Shown here in pieces: positions 19,473-29,943 of a stretch of DNA of 64,000 bases (its first letter is position 1; every line of letters begins with the position of its first letter). Made by a program: the position numbers and the translations under genes. Below the pieces are notes generated by a model. It saw nothing but the letters and a program-made list of their open reading frames with translations. It searched no databases and was not told where the DNA came from. Source of the stretch: Cenarchaeum sp. (GTDB taxonomy: Archaea > Thermoproteota > Nitrososphaeria > Nitrososphaerales > Nitrosopumilaceae); the NCBI GenBank assembly GCA_965206845.1, contig OZ242221.1, positions 672,001-736,000 on the forward strand, in the 5' to 3' direction.

Positions 19473-19828
19473 CCGACCATCCCCATGCTTGCCAGAAGGA
19501 TTGTCCTGGAGCCATACGCAATAACTGCGATCATTGCAGCCACGCACCCGTACGAGACGGTCTTCTCATACGCACGCCCCTGCTTGAGCTCCAACAGAAC
19601 CACGCGCAGCCCGTTGAAGCCGTGCACCGACAGCAGTATCAGTATGATCTCAAGCATTCCCGCATAGGGCAGGAACTCATAGTTTGCAATCACGCTCTCA
19701 TACGAGAGCGACTCGGAGAATCCCTGGGTCATCCGAAACAGTATGTGTACCGCAACCAGGGCAACGGACGCCAATGCAGTGCCATAGTGTATCTTCATTA
19801 TGTGACTCTCTCTCATCTCACTCACCAA
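19469..19828 (-). CDS. sdhD: Succinate dehydrogenase membrane anchor subunit
   Basis: Three TM helices, HGFNGLR motif, operon position. Confidence 0.88.
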   Translation of the reverse strand: MVSEMRESHIMKIHYGTALASVALVAVHILFRMTQGFSESLSYESVIANYEFLPYAGMLEIILILLSVHGFNGLRVVLLELKQGRAYEKTVSYGCVAAMIAVIAYGSRTILLASMGMVG

Positions 19829-20249
19829 ACATTACCGTCAGGCCGTACAGCATCGCTACTGCGGCCAGCACTATGGCCGAGTATATCATAATCTTGTGGC
19901 GCGCGTTCTGGGACTGCGGGACGTACGGATAGTCAGGCCTTCCCGGCCTGCCGACGCCGACGCCGCCGTGGCCCAGCATGACCCTGATTCCGTTCACCGT
20001 GTGAAAGACGCACATTCCTATCACCACGGCCAGGACGACATGCCCCTCGGTGCTCTGCGTCAGCTCCAGAAACTCTTCCCAGCCGGCCTTCCCCTGCAGT
20101 ATGTTGCTGGTCTCGTATATGTGGGCCACAAAGTAGGCCAGCAGCCCCAGACCGGTCAGCCTCATCAGCCAGTAGGCAACCCGCTCGATGCCGTAGCGGC
20201 CGGGGTTTGCCATCCCCCTAATTCCCTCCCTGTTCTCGTCTACAGTCAT
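19818..20249 (-). CDS. sdhC: Succinate dehydrogenase cytochrome b subunit
   Basis: RLTG and FHTVNGIR motifs, operon position. Confidence 0.88.
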   Translation of the reverse strand: MTVDENREGIRGMANPGRYGIERVAYWLMRLTGLGLLAYFVAHIYETSNILQGKAGWEEFLELTQSTEGHVVLAVVIGMCVFHTVNGIRVMLGHGGVGVGRPGRPDYPYVPQSQNARHKIMIYSAIVLAAVAMLYGLTVMFGE

Positions 20250-21959
20250 CTAGTATCTTCTCTCCACGGGTTTGTAATTAGTTATCGTAACCGGATGCGT
20301 GTCCATTACAGGCTCCGGACCGTGGTACGCAAGCGTGTGGTGTAAAAAGTTGGCATCGTCACGCACGGGATAGTCTGTTCTGGCATGGCTTCCCCGGGAC
20401 TCGCGCCTGTTGATGGCGCCCACGAGCACCACCTCCGCTACCCGGAACATCGAGTCCAGTTCCATCACGTTGACAAAGTTAGTGTTGTACTCCTTGGCAG
20501 AGTCTTCCACATGCTTCCAGGCGCTCCCCCGCAGGAAGCGAAGCGTCCGCAGCCCCTCTGTCAGGTCCCTCTCGTTGCGGTATACGTACGCCCTGTCGTT
20601 CATCATGTCGGTGAGGGCCTGCCTTACCTCGTATGGGTTTGCGTCCCCCCTTCCGCGGAAGATCCCGTCGTAGATGCGCTTCTCCTCCTCTGCAACCATG
20701 TGACCCGGCCAGGAGCTAGACGGCCTGCACTGCATGGCATAGTCTGCTGCCATCCTGCCGGTAATGTTTCCCCACACTATGCATTCTGAGGTGGAGTTTG
20801 CCCCCAGCCGGTTGGCTCCGTGGGCGCTGTTGCATGCCGCCTCGCCGGCCGCCCAGACGCCGTGCATCTCGGCTCGGCCGTCGATGTCTGTGTGTATCCC
20901 GCCCATCATATAGTGACACACGGGCCGCACGTCCAGCAGATCCTTTGAGGGATCCAGTCCGGAGAACTTGATTGATATCTCGCGGATTCCGCCCAGCTTC
21001 TCCTTGATCACCTCGTCGCCAATATGCCTCAGGTCAAGCTTCATGCAGTCAACCCCTGTCTCGTGCTTGAAGCCCCGACCCTCGTTTATCTCAGTCATTA
21101 TAGAACGGGACACTATATCCCTGGGAGCCAGCTCCATCTTCTTTGCCGCATACCTGCTCATAAAGCGCTCATTCTGGCTGTTGAGCAGGTGGCCGCCCTC
21201 GCCACGCGCACCCTCGGTGATCAGGATTCCCGACGGCATGATTCCCGTGGGGTGAAACTGCACGAACTCCATGTCCTTTAGCGCCATACCTGCGCGAAGC
21301 GCCATGTCGAGTCCGTCAGGCGTGGAGGAGTGTGCGTATGTCGAGAAGCTGTAGAGGCGTCCCGCCCCGCCGGTTGCGATTATCAGTGCCTTGGCCTTGA
21401 TGCCGTAAAAGGTTCCGTTGGACAGCTCGATGGCCGTAACCCCCATGAACTTTTGGCCGTCGTGAATTATGCTGGTAACAAACCACTCGTTGAGGTACTC
21501 TATGTTGTCGTACTTTTGGCATGTGTCATAGAGCGTCTGCATCTCAAAGAGCCCTACCTTGTCAGAGGCATAGGTGGCCCGCGGAAAGCTGTACCCCCCA
21601 AAGGCGCGCTGGTCAACCCTTCCGTCCTTGCGCCGCGACCACGGCATTCCCCAGTGTTCCAGCCTGTAGATCTCCTCTGGCATCAAGCGGCACAGCCTCT
21701 CTGCCACGTCCTGATCCGCAAGAAAGTCGCTTCCCTTTACCGTGTCATATATGTGGGACTCGATGCTGTCCCCAGCGTCCTCAAAGAGCACTGCGGCCGT
21801 ACCCCCCTCTGCGGAGACCGAATGGGATCTCATTACCTGAACCTTTGATATTACGGCGATTCTGATACCCGGGCTCCTCTGGGCTGCAGAGATTGCCGCG
21901 CGCAGACCGGCTATGCCGGAGCCGCAGATGAGCAGATCATAGCCCATAGTTTCTGCCAT
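20250..21959 (-). CDS. sdhA: Succinate dehydrogenase flavoprotein subunit
   Basis: GSGIAG, RSHSVSAEGG, QFHPTG and HGANRLG motifs; ATG 21959. Confidence 0.96.
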   Translation of the reverse strand: MAETMGYDLLICGSGIAGLRAAISAAQRSPGIRIAVISKVQVMRSHSVSAEGGTAAVLFEDAGDSIESHIYDTVKGSDFLADQDVAERLCRLMPEEIYRLEHWGMPWSRRKDGRVDQRAFGGYSFPRATYASDKVGLFEMQTLYDTCQKYDNIEYLNEWFVTSIIHDGQKFMGVTAIELSNGTFYGIKAKALIIATGGAGRLYSFSTYAHSSTPDGLDMALRAGMALKDMEFVQFHPTGIMPSGILITEGARGEGGHLLNSQNERFMSRYAAKKMELAPRDIVSRSIMTEINEGRGFKHETGVDCMKLDLRHIGDEVIKEKLGGIREISIKFSGLDPSKDLLDVRPVCHYMMGGIHTDIDGRAEMHGVWAAGEAACNSAHGANRLGANSTSECIVWGNITGRMAADYAMQCRPSSSWPGHMVAEEEKRIYDGIFRGRGDANPYEVRQALTDMMNDRAYVYRNERDLTEGLRTLRFLRGSAWKHVEDSAKEYNTNFVNVMELDSMFRVAEVVLVGAINRRESRGSHARTDYPVRDDANFLHHTLAYHGPEPVMDTHPVTITNYKPVERRY

Positions 21960-22014
21960 TACAGTCAAGGCTCCAATTATGGCGGTTAAAAATGTAGTAA
22001 GCCGACCGTTCCTG

Positions 22015-22152
22015 AGACATGATCCGCAATTAAGAATCGTGCCTTCGATGCCCATAATCTTACAGATGTGTGCTCCAAAGCATGCAACTTTCGTATGATT
22101 ATGCCAAAGATCGTGCTCTAATGTGCCTGCGTGCTAATTACGAATCACATCT
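22015..22152. mobile_element. 138-bp MITE (IS5-type ends) copy 1
   Basis: TIRs AGACATGATCCGCAATTA / AGATGTGATTCGTAATTA; 3-bp duplication CTG/CTG; copies at 41437 and 48092. Confidence 0.9.
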
Positions 22153-22273
22153 CTGCCCCACAGGGACTGTGGGTCTTGCCCCTTCACGGCCGCCCTCCTC
22201 TGACTGGGAACCGGATCTTCTCAGGGATCGCCTGCGCCTGCAGGCATGGAACCGGTTCGCACATATATCGCGC

Positions 22274-23314
22274 ATGGATCCAGCAGATGCGATGGGACGC
22301 AGGCGGCGCATGAAGCTGCGAAAGGGTATGTACCAAGCCGGGGGGGCAGGTCGGCCGGACGCCGGCACGAAGGATGGCCCCACAGGGCTGGATTCGGGCA
22401 AGAGACGGAGCGGCCGGCCTGCTGGCACGCTACCGCAGAAGAGACCCATGCCCGGTAATGCCGGCCTCGCGGAGCGGTTCGGCATGGAAGGCGAGCCGGA
22501 TCTGCACAAGTACGACAAGCTGACTAATTTTGTGAAGGGGATCAAACAGGCTATGAATCAGAAGGGTTTTGACAAGAACAGGTACATCAGCTCGCTCCGC
22601 GCCAGCGGCATTGGTGAGGAGGCGATTGGCCTGGTTCAGGGAATAATAGAAGTGAGCGCGGACGACAAAATCTCCAGATACACGGCCATGCTTGACACCA
22701 TGAACAGGGGTAGGCACGAAGAGGCACTGGAGATGATCGAGGAGTTCGAACGGCGATACGGCGTTTTTGACTTTACAGGCAGGTACGACGCCCTGACGAA
22801 CTTGGGAAGACTGGAAGAGGCGCTGTCCCTGTGTGACGGGATACTGGACTCCGAGCCGACCCCGTACGCAGTCTGCTGCAAGTCAGACATACTGCGCGAG
22901 CTGGGCCGGGTGCAGGAACAGGTGGAGTTGTACGATCGATGGGAAAGAGAGTTTCCGGGGGATCCTGACATACTCGCGGGCCGCGCCAGGGTACTGGTCA
23001 GCGTGGGCAATCTGGACGAAGCCGAGGAGATGGCCAAAGAGGCCCTGAGGCTTGAGGAGATCACGATTCCCGCATACCTTGCCCTGGGGGAGATTCTGGT
23101 TTCTAGGGGAGACACCGCCGGAGCCATCAAGATACTCAACAGGGCGCTGGACATAGACGAAAACGAGGACGAAGTCTACGTCCGCAAGGCGGAGATCCTG
23201 CTGGACGCAGGAGAGTATGAAAAGGCCGCACTCTGCTGTGAACAGCGGCTAGGAGTGGTTCCTGGAATAAGAAGGCTCAGAGAGATCAGGTATAGAGCAG
23301 AGGCGGCGCTTTGA
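22274..23314 (+). CDS. Tetratricopeptide-repeat protein
   Basis: Repeated LGRLEEAL, GNLDEAEEMAKEAL and GEYEKAA TPR units; start uncertain because the longer ORF start lies in a MITE. Confidence 0.8.
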   Translation: MDPADAMGRRRRMKLRKGMYQAGGAGRPDAGTKDGPTGLDSGKRRSGRPAGTLPQKRPMPGNAGLAERFGMEGEPDLHKYDKLTNFVKGIKQAMNQKGFDKNRYISSLRASGIGEEAIGLVQGIIEVSADDKISRYTAMLDTMNRGRHEEALEMIEEFERRYGVFDFTGRYDALTNLGRLEEALSLCDGILDSEPTPYAVCCKSDILRELGRVQEQVELYDRWEREFPGDPDILAGRARVLVSVGNLDEAEEMAKEALRLEEITIPAYLALGEILVSRGDTAGAIKILNRALDIDENEDEVYVRKAEILLDAGEYEKAALCCEQRLGVVPGIRRLREIRYRAEAAL

Positions 23315-23467
23315 TGCCAGGCAGAGCCGTCGGTGGCACCAGAATCCGGCCGCAGCGGCCATTCAGATATCCCGGCTGAATGGCATTTCCAGAACGGCCG
23401 TGCCGCCTGCGCTGCCATACAGGGACGGCCGTGAAACCCGCAGGCCGCCAGACAGGCACCCCGGCTG

Positions 23468-23559
23468 GTACATACTCACGCCCATGATGCACCTAGTCGT
23501 AAAAACACGCGGCAGTGTGCAAAACTATGCCTAGCTTTGATCTGGACCTGAGGATGTAC
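23468..23559. mobile_element. 92-bp MITE, subfamily A copy 2
   Basis: One substitution relative to 2422-2513; flanking direct repeat CCCCGGCTG. Confidence 0.9.
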
Positions 23560-23608
23560 CCCCGGCTGCTTGGCAAGGTATTAATGGGTTCCAGTAAGGG
23601 AACTCTTC

Positions 23609-24412
23609 ATGCAGGAGGCACCACAGAAGATCTTCAAGCATGTCCGCGAGGCAGACATCACGCGGGCAATCGCCACCGAGTTCAACTCGGTGCTTCAGGA
23701 CAGGGCAGTCTCTGACGTAATAGTAATCGGCGCCGGCCCCGCGGGGCTGACTGCCAGCATGGAGCTGTCCCAGATGGGCTTCAGGGTGCTGGTAGTGGAG
23801 CAGAACAACTACCTCGGCGGCGGCTACTGGCTCGGCGGGTACATGATGAATCCGGTAACCGTAAGGGAGCCGGCGCAGAAGGTCTGGGACGAGCTGGGCG
23901 TGCCCTACAAGAAGGTAGCCGACGGCCTGTACCTTACGCCCGGACCGCACGCGGTATCCAAGCTCATCGCAGGAGCCTGCGACGCTGGAGTCAAGTTTCT
24001 GAACCTCACAAAGTTTGACGATCTGGTTCTCAAGGACGGCCGGGTCTGTGGGATCGTTGTAAACTGGATGCCCGTCTCGGCGCTTCCCCGGAACATCACA
24101 TGCGTTGACCCGGTGGCCCTGGAGGCAAAGATGATAATTGACTCATCGGGCCACGACTCGGTGGCGGTAAAGAGGCTTGTGGACAGGGGCCTGGTTGAAT
24201 GGAAGGGAATGAATCCCATGTATGTTGACGAGGGAGAGGATCAGGTGGTTCACAAGACAGGGGAGGTATATCCTGGACTAGTGGCCGCAGGCATGTCAGT
24301 CACCGAGACCTACGGGCTGGCCAGAATGGGGCCGACCTTTGGCTCGATGCTCTTCTCCGGCAAGAAGGCGGCAGAGATAACCGCGGCAAAGATCAAAGAG
24401 CTTGGGGCATAG
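23609..24412 (+). CDS. thi4: Thiazole synthase Thi4 (Cys-type)
   Basis: GAGPAG, GGG.WLGG, TCVDP and RMGPTFGSML.SG motifs. Confidence 0.95.
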   Translation: MQEAPQKIFKHVREADITRAIATEFNSVLQDRAVSDVIVIGAGPAGLTASMELSQMGFRVLVVEQNNYLGGGYWLGGYMMNPVTVREPAQKVWDELGVPYKKVADGLYLTPGPHAVSKLIAGACDAGVKFLNLTKFDDLVLKDGRVCGIVVNWMPVSALPRNITCVDPVALEAKMIIDSSGHDSVAVKRLVDRGLVEWKGMNPMYVDEGEDQVVHKTGEVYPGLVAAGMSVTETYGLARMGPTFGSMLFSGKKAAEITAAKIKELGA

Positions 24413-24427
24413 ACACCTGCAGCCTTG

Positions 24428-25180
24428 ATGCCGTCGAAGATCATACTGTACGACGAGCCCCTCGTTCCCGAGATTGACATCTGCGGGCTGGCCGCATTTG
24501 CAGAGCGCACGCTTCATGTTGCAGCCGAGGTGCGCGGCCCGCTGCTTGCAGATCTTCCGCACCACACGCTCCGGGACATGGCGTCGCTCAAGGTGATCAA
24601 CCCCAGGCGGCCGTTTCAGAGGTACTCCCCGGGCATGGAGGAGGTAGAGCAGGAGAGGTCGGGGACTGAGAACATCACTATGTATGACGGCTTTGAGCTC
24701 CAGAGGCTCGTATCAGGGCTGGTTCCGCAGGACGAGATTGCGCTAGACATGCTCTCCGTTGTGTTTACGACCAGGCTGACATGCACCTACGATTTTGGCG
24801 ACTACAGATACCACGGCAGGGCGCTCATCGGAGCCAACCCTGCCATCATCTCCACCACCGGAATCATCGAGGCGCCGGCAAAGCCGCGGGAGTACTACCT
24901 GGATCTGATGCAGAGCATGAGGCACGGCCTCAATATCGAGGCGCTGAAAAAAAAGTACGCCGGAACGTACCTGGAGCGGCACGACGACAGGCTGCCCCGG
25001 ATCGTCCAGGGGTACCTGCTGCAGGCCGCATTCTACCACATCACAGGAGAGCCGTTCTGCGATGATGCCGCATGCCGGCTGTTCAACGCCCACTGGCAGG
25101 CGGACCTGATTCGCTCCCAGATCCAGTCAGGCAGGCTCTGCCCGCGGCACCAGGGCATCCTTCATGAATGTTTAAATTAA
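24428..25180 (+). CDS. Putative metallopeptidase (DUF6775-like)
   Basis: RYHGR, ISTTGIIEAPAKPREYY and FC....CRLFNAHWQ motifs. Confidence 0.75.
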   Translation: MPSKIILYDEPLVPEIDICGLAAFAERTLHVAAEVRGPLLADLPHHTLRDMASLKVINPRRPFQRYSPGMEEVEQERSGTENITMYDGFELQRLVSGLVPQDEIALDMLSVVFTTRLTCTYDFGDYRYHGRALIGANPAIISTTGIIEAPAKPREYYLDLMQSMRHGLNIEALKKKYAGTYLERHDDRLPRIVQGYLLQAAFYHITGEPFCDDAACRLFNAHWQADLIRSQIQSGRLCPRHQGILHECLN

Positions 25181-25200
25181 TGACAGGGTGCGGCGAATCT

Positions 25201-26181
25201 ATGATGCCAGATGCTGCCAGCTCGACGGTAGTGATGAAGAGGGACGAGACCCACAAAAAGAAGACCAGGTACGACGTCATAATTATCGGGGCAGGTCCGG
25301 CAGGATACACCGCCGGGATATACTGCTCCCGGGCAAGGTGCGATACCCTCATACTCTCAGGCATACTGCCCGGCGGCCAGCTGGTCAACACAACGGAGGT
25401 GGAGAACTATCCCGGCTTTGAGGAGGGAATAATGGGCCCGGATCTCATGATAAGCATGCGGAACCAGACAAAGAGGATGGAGGCAGACATTGTAGATGAC
25501 GAGGTGGTAAACGTGGACTTTAGGAGGAGGCCGTTCAAGGTGCTGACGGCATCAGAAGAGTACGAGGCCCGGGCCGTAATCATTGCCACCGGCGCCAGCC
25601 CCCGCACGCTTGGCCTGGAGGGGGAGCAAACCTTCGGAGGCAGGGGCGTCTCCTACTGCGCCACCTGCGACGGGCCGTTCTTTCGCAACCAGGAGATCGT
25701 GGTGGTGGGCGGAGGCGACTCGGCCATGGAGGAGGCTACGTTTCTGACAAAGTTTGCAGGGACTGTACACCTGGTGCACCGCAGGGATCAGTTCAGGGCC
25801 AGCAAGATAATGCAGGAGAGGGCGCTGAGCAGCGAGAAGATCAGGATACACTACAGCCACGAGCTGGAGAGCATCACAGGAGACCAGAAGGTGCAGCAGG
25901 TAACCCTGAAGAGCACAAAGACGGGCCAGACCCGCGACCTGGCAGTCGGAGGGGTCTTTGTTGCCGTAGGCCACGATCCCAACACAAAGCTCTTTGCGGG
26001 CCAGGTGAAGATGGACGCAGAAGGGTACATAGCGATAAAGAGGAACACCCAGACCAGCGTGGAGGGCGTCTTTGCCGCAGGCGACGTCCACGACCGCAGG
26101 TACCGTCAGGCCGTTACTGCAGCGGGATTTGGCTGCATGGCGGGAATCGACGTCAACAACTTTCTGACAGAGAACTCCTGA
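25201..26181 (+). CDS. trxB: Thioredoxin reductase
   Basis: GAGPAG, CATCDG, GGGDSA and AAGDV motifs. Confidence 0.96.
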   Translation: MMPDAASSTVVMKRDETHKKKTRYDVIIIGAGPAGYTAGIYCSRARCDTLILSGILPGGQLVNTTEVENYPGFEEGIMGPDLMISMRNQTKRMEADIVDDEVVNVDFRRRPFKVLTASEEYEARAVIIATGASPRTLGLEGEQTFGGRGVSYCATCDGPFFRNQEIVVVGGGDSAMEEATFLTKFAGTVHLVHRRDQFRASKIMQERALSSEKIRIHYSHELESITGDQKVQQVTLKSTKTGQTRDLAVGGVFVAVGHDPNTKLFAGQVKMDAEGYIAIKRNTQTSVEGVFAAGDVHDRRYRQAVTAAGFGCMAGIDVNNFLTENS

Positions 26182-26182
26182 G

Positions 26183-27154
26183 TCACAGGTAGGCAATATC
26201 TGAGAGGTGCTCTGAGTGCAGCAGCGCGTCATCAAACTCGTCTCTGGTCATGATGCCCTGCTCTGCGTATATGCTTTTGAACTTTCGCCCGTCGTCGGCA
26301 AAGATCCCCACCACGCAGGCTCCATCGGCCACGTCATACTTTTTCATGGAAGCGTAGACCGCGGCAGACGAGGGGCTGATGAGCAGGCGATCCTTTTCAA
26401 AGACCTCCCTGACCACGCCAAAGGCCTCGGCGTTGGTCACTGATATCCAGTCGTCGACCACACTCTCCCTCTTAAGAAAGAGATCCGGCTTTGCGGACTC
26501 TTCAAAGTTCCGCCATCCCTGTATCAGGTGATCCTGCTGTGGCTGGCAGCCCACTATGTTCACACCGGGCTTCTCCTCCTTGAGGTATGCGCCGATGCCC
26601 GTAATCGTTCCCCCGGTGCCGACACCGGTAAAAAAGTGGGTCACCCTACCGCCGGTCTGCCTCCAGATCTCCGGGCCGGTGCCCCTGTAGTGCCCCATAA
26701 AGTTGGCCTCGTTGGCGTACTGGTTTGGCGAGTAGTAGGTGTCTGGGCGGGACGATGCGATGGAGGTCGCCAGGGCTATGCTCTGGTCGGTGCCCGCGCC
26801 GACTTTGGGGCACAGATCGTCGCTGGTCTCATACACCTTGGCGCCCAGCTGCCTGATTATCGCCTTGGTCTCGTCGCTTGCCTTCTCGGGGATTACGATC
26901 TCGGTCTTGTAGCCCAGCAGGTTTGCAATGCCGGTCAGCGCGATTCCCGTATTGCCCGAGGTGGGCTCGATGATTATGCTGTGCCCTCGCTTGAGAATGC
27001 CCCGCTCCTCGCCGTCCTTTATCATCCAGTATGCGGCCCTGTCCTTTACGGAACCAAACGGGTTGTGGCCCTCCAGCTTTGCAAAGTACTCCCTGCCCGC
27101 AGATGACAGCGATTCCAGCTTTACCAGTGGGGTGTTGCCTACCCGGTTCAGCAC
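26183..27154 (-). CDS. cysK: PLP-dependent cysteine synthase family protein
   Basis: GNTPLV, NPFGSVKDR, TSGNTG and GTGGT motifs; frame is open to CTG 27184. Confidence 0.9.
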   Translation of the reverse strand: MLNRVGNTPLVKLESLSSAGREYFAKLEGHNPFGSVKDRAAYWMIKDGEERGILKRGHSIIIEPTSGNTGIALTGIANLLGYKTEIVIPEKASDETKAIIRQLGAKVYETSDDLCPKVGAGTDQSIALATSIASSRPDTYYSPNQYANEANFMGHYRGTGPEIWRQTGGRVTHFFTGVGTGGTITGIGAYLKEEKPGVNIVGCQPQQDHLIQGWRNFEESAKPDLFLKRESVVDDWISVTNAEAFGVVREVFEKDRLLISPSSAAVYASMKKYDVADGACVVGIFADDGRKFKSIYAEQGIMTRDEFDDALLHSEHLSDIAYL

Positions 27155-27185
27155 GTCCAGATCCGTTACTGCTTTTGTTGCCAGG

Positions 27186-27422
27186 CTACCTCACCTTCTT
27201 GATCAGAAATGTAATGGTGTCGTCCTCGGATTTTTGCATCTCCAGCAGCTTGTGGCCGTTGCGGCTCACCCACCGGGTAATGTCCTCCTCCGCGGCGGGA
27301 TCGTCTGCAAGCACGGTCAGCACGTCGCCTACGCTCATCCCCTCAAGCTCGATCTTTGTCCGGAACACGGGCTCGGGGCAGAAGAGGCCCGTGGCGTCCA
27401 GTTTCTTTTGTGACTCTGACAT
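27186..27422 (-). CDS. tusA: Sulfurtransferase TusA family
   Basis: LDATGLFCPEP motif; ATG 27422. Confidence 0.92.
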   Translation of the reverse strand: MSESQKKLDATGLFCPEPVFRTKIELEGMSVGDVLTVLADDPAAEEDITRWVSRNGHKLLEMQKSEDDTITFLIKKVR

Positions 27423-27479
27423 GGGTAGTAATCCACCTGTTTTTTGCCGCCGGATATTAAAAACCATTTGATTCTGATT

Positions 27480-28394
27480 CTAAAAGGCCATCCGGAACAT
27501 GGTTCCCACATCCCTTTCCCTCATCGGGCCGGGGTCGATTCCCTGAAAGTTGATCTTGCTGGAGATCCGCTTCATGGCAAACGTGGCAAACTTGTACAGC
27601 AGTATCCATAGGTGGCTGTTTGGGTTGCGCTCAAACAGTCCCAGCAGTACCGTAAAGAGGTGCTTTGAGCGGGGATAGAACTGCTCCATGTACTGCTGCA
27701 CGTACTCTGAGGAGTTGCTGATCTTGTAGCGCATGTGCTCGATGGTCTCCTGCGCCGTGGCGTACCCGACGTTCTCGATCCTGATCCTGCCGCGGCGCAT
27801 TGCAGACAGGATGTCATCCAGGCGATCCTCTGCCTCGATCACGTTTGTACATCTGCCCAGTGTGGACGACACGTGGGAGTCGCTGCCGGCAACCTCGATC
27901 AGGTTGTTCTCCCGGGCAAAGATGCTGGCCTTGGTGTTTGCCAGCACGTCCACATTGTTGCTGTTGAAGACCTCCACCAGGTCACAGCACTCTGCCTTCT
28001 CCCTTAGGGCATCCAGGAGCCCGAACGGGTGCGGTGCAGAGGACACCGCGTCCTGCAGCCGTATCTCGTCCACCGTCTCCTCAAGGCTCAGCCCGGGCCT
28101 GATGGGGCTGTGTATTCCGTACGCTATGACATGGGAGCCGTCCAGCGTGGTTATCTCCTCTGCCGGCAGGACCTGTATCTTTTCAAGTTTTTTGTGATCC
28201 GCCACGTACCGGCGCAGCTGCTCGTAGCCGTCCAGCGTGTTGTGGTTTGTGACAAAGATGGCGTCCAGTCCCTGCATGTAGGCCTGCTCTGCCTGCTCTG
28301 CCACCGTGACCCCGCAGTCGTACGGCGCGTCCAGATCCCCAACATTGAAGTTGGAGAACGTGTTGTGGCAGTGAAGCTCGGCCCTTATCACCAA
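27480..28394 (-). CDS. PHP-domain metallophosphoesterase
   Basis: ELHCH, TNHN, HPF and GSDSH motifs. Confidence 0.88.
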   Translation of the reverse strand: MVIRAELHCHNTFSNFNVGDLDAPYDCGVTVAEQAEQAYMQGLDAIFVTNHNTLDGYEQLRRYVADHKKLEKIQVLPAEEITTLDGSHVIAYGIHSPIRPGLSLEETVDEIRLQDAVSSAPHPFGLLDALREKAECCDLVEVFNSNNVDVLANTKASIFARENNLIEVAGSDSHVSSTLGRCTNVIEAEDRLDDILSAMRRGRIRIENVGYATAQETIEHMRYKISNSSEYVQQYMEQFYPRSKHLFTVLLGLFERNPNSHLWILLYKFATFAMKRISSKINFQGIDPGPMRERDVGTMFRMAF

Positions 28395-28498
28395 TGTACT
28401 CTTGCAGCCGCAGCTTCTTATTTTAACTGTTCATAAGCATGTCGGCGAGAGAACACCTGCAGTACTGAACCACGTACGGAAACCCGCCGGGGCGCCGC

Positions 28499-29230
28499 TC
28501 AGCGGAACAGATCCGCCTCCCTGGGACGGGACAGCGGGACGGCCGGGCCGCCCTGCGGGAACGAATAGTTCCGAATCACCGCCACCGGGCACCGGTTCGT
28601 CTTTCCCATGACGAGCTCCGCTGCCGCGCACAGCTCATCTGCCACGGCTATTGCAGTTACCCGCAGCTCCCTCCCAAAGGCGTCTTTTTTGCCCTTGTAG
28701 TCCAGGATTGCTGGCATGCCAGAGACCCCGATCGCGCAGTCAGTCTGTCCCATTCTCAGGGGGCGCCCAAAGGTGTCAGATATCAGCACCACCGTGTTCC
28801 TGCCCAGCACCTCCTTTATCTCCATGCGGAGCAGCTCCGCAGACTTGTCGGGATCTGCCGGCAGCAGGGTTATCATGCCCTGGGGGACGTTGCTCTCATC
28901 CACGCCTGCGTTTGCGCACACCAAGCCGGTCATGGTCTCAGTTATTATGATCCCGTCCTGCATGCGCACAATCCTCTTGGTCTCGGAGAGTATGGCCTCC
29001 ACCACCCTCGAGTCCTTGCCGTATTCGGACGCTATGCCCTGCGAGAGCATCGACGGAATGACCGCAGACAGCGGAACCACCCTCCCCTCCTGCTTTGAGA
29101 TGATCTTCTGCGATACCACAAGTATGTCGCCATCCCGTATCTTGACGCCGGAGCTCCTGATCATCCTTGCAATGTCGTCGTCCGGTCCGACCTCCCCTTT
29201 TATTGCCACCGGGATGATCTCAAGAGTCAT
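28499..29230 (-). CDS. cofE: Coenzyme F420-0:L-glutamate ligase
   Basis: SQKIISKQEGR, ANAGVDESN and SDTFGRPLR motifs; ATG 29230. Confidence 0.92.
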   Translation of the reverse strand: MTLEIIPVAIKGEVGPDDDIARMIRSSGVKIRDGDILVVSQKIISKQEGRVVPLSAVIPSMLSQGIASEYGKDSRVVEAILSETKRIVRMQDGIIITETMTGLVCANAGVDESNVPQGMITLLPADPDKSAELLRMEIKEVLGRNTVVLISDTFGRPLRMGQTDCAIGVSGMPAILDYKGKKDAFGRELRVTAIAVADELCAAAELVMGKTNRCPVAVIRNYSFPQGGPAVPLSRPREADLFR

Positions 29231-29292
29231 CGGAGTGCATACCCGCCGAGTGTAAATATTGGTTGCGTATGTGTCCCGGATGCGGCACGCGT

Positions 29293-29943
29293 CTAGGCCA
29301 GGGGCGGGTTTTCCAGGGCTATGTTGTAGTGCCTCTTGATGATCCCGAGTATCCCCGACAGATCCTTCTCCTCCAGTACCACATCTGCCATGTCCTTTAC
29401 CTTGTCCTGCGCGCGGAAGGCGATTCCCAGGCCGCATATGTCAAAGAGCTTTAGGTCGTTGGCGCCGTCCACCGTAACCACGATATCCTCCTTTCTCTCG
29501 CCCCACTCCAGGATCTTCTTCCTGGCAGGCAGCGCCTTGTCTGATCCCACACTGATCCGGACGCCGTCCAGCTTGCCGTCCTTGAAGACCAGCTCGTTGG
29601 AGTAGACGTAATCCAGTCCCAGCACCCTCTGCAGCCTGTCAGTCATTATGGTAAAGCCGCCGGATATGGCAAGTATCTTCCAGCCGGCAGCCTTGAGTGC
29701 CATGCATGCCGCCCTTGCGCCGGTCATGATGGGCAGCGAGGCGGCCACCTCCTGGCATGTCTTGTAGTCCATGCCCTTTAGCGCGTCGATGCGGGAGACG
29801 AGTCCATCCTCCCAGTCTATGACACCCTTGATTCCCTGTCTTGTGATCTCCCATATCTGATCATCCTTGCCTACCTTCTCAGCAAGAAGCGGCAAGTATT
29901 CGGCGTCAAAAAGGACTCCCTCAACGTCAAAAATTGCAAGCAA
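29293..29943 (-). CDS. serB: Phosphoserine phosphatase (HAD family)
   Basis: FDVEGVL, ISGGF and DGANDL motifs. Confidence 0.85.
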   Translation of the reverse strand: MLAIFDVEGVLFDAEYLPLLAEKVGKDDQIWEITRQGIKGVIDWEDGLVSRIDALKGMDYKTCQEVAASLPIMTGARAACMALKAAGWKILAISGGFTIMTDRLQRVLGLDYVYSNELVFKDGKLDGVRISVGSDKALPARKKILEWGERKEDIVVTVDGANDLKLFDICGLGIAFRAQDKVKDMADVVLEEKDLSGILGIIKRHYNIALENPPLA

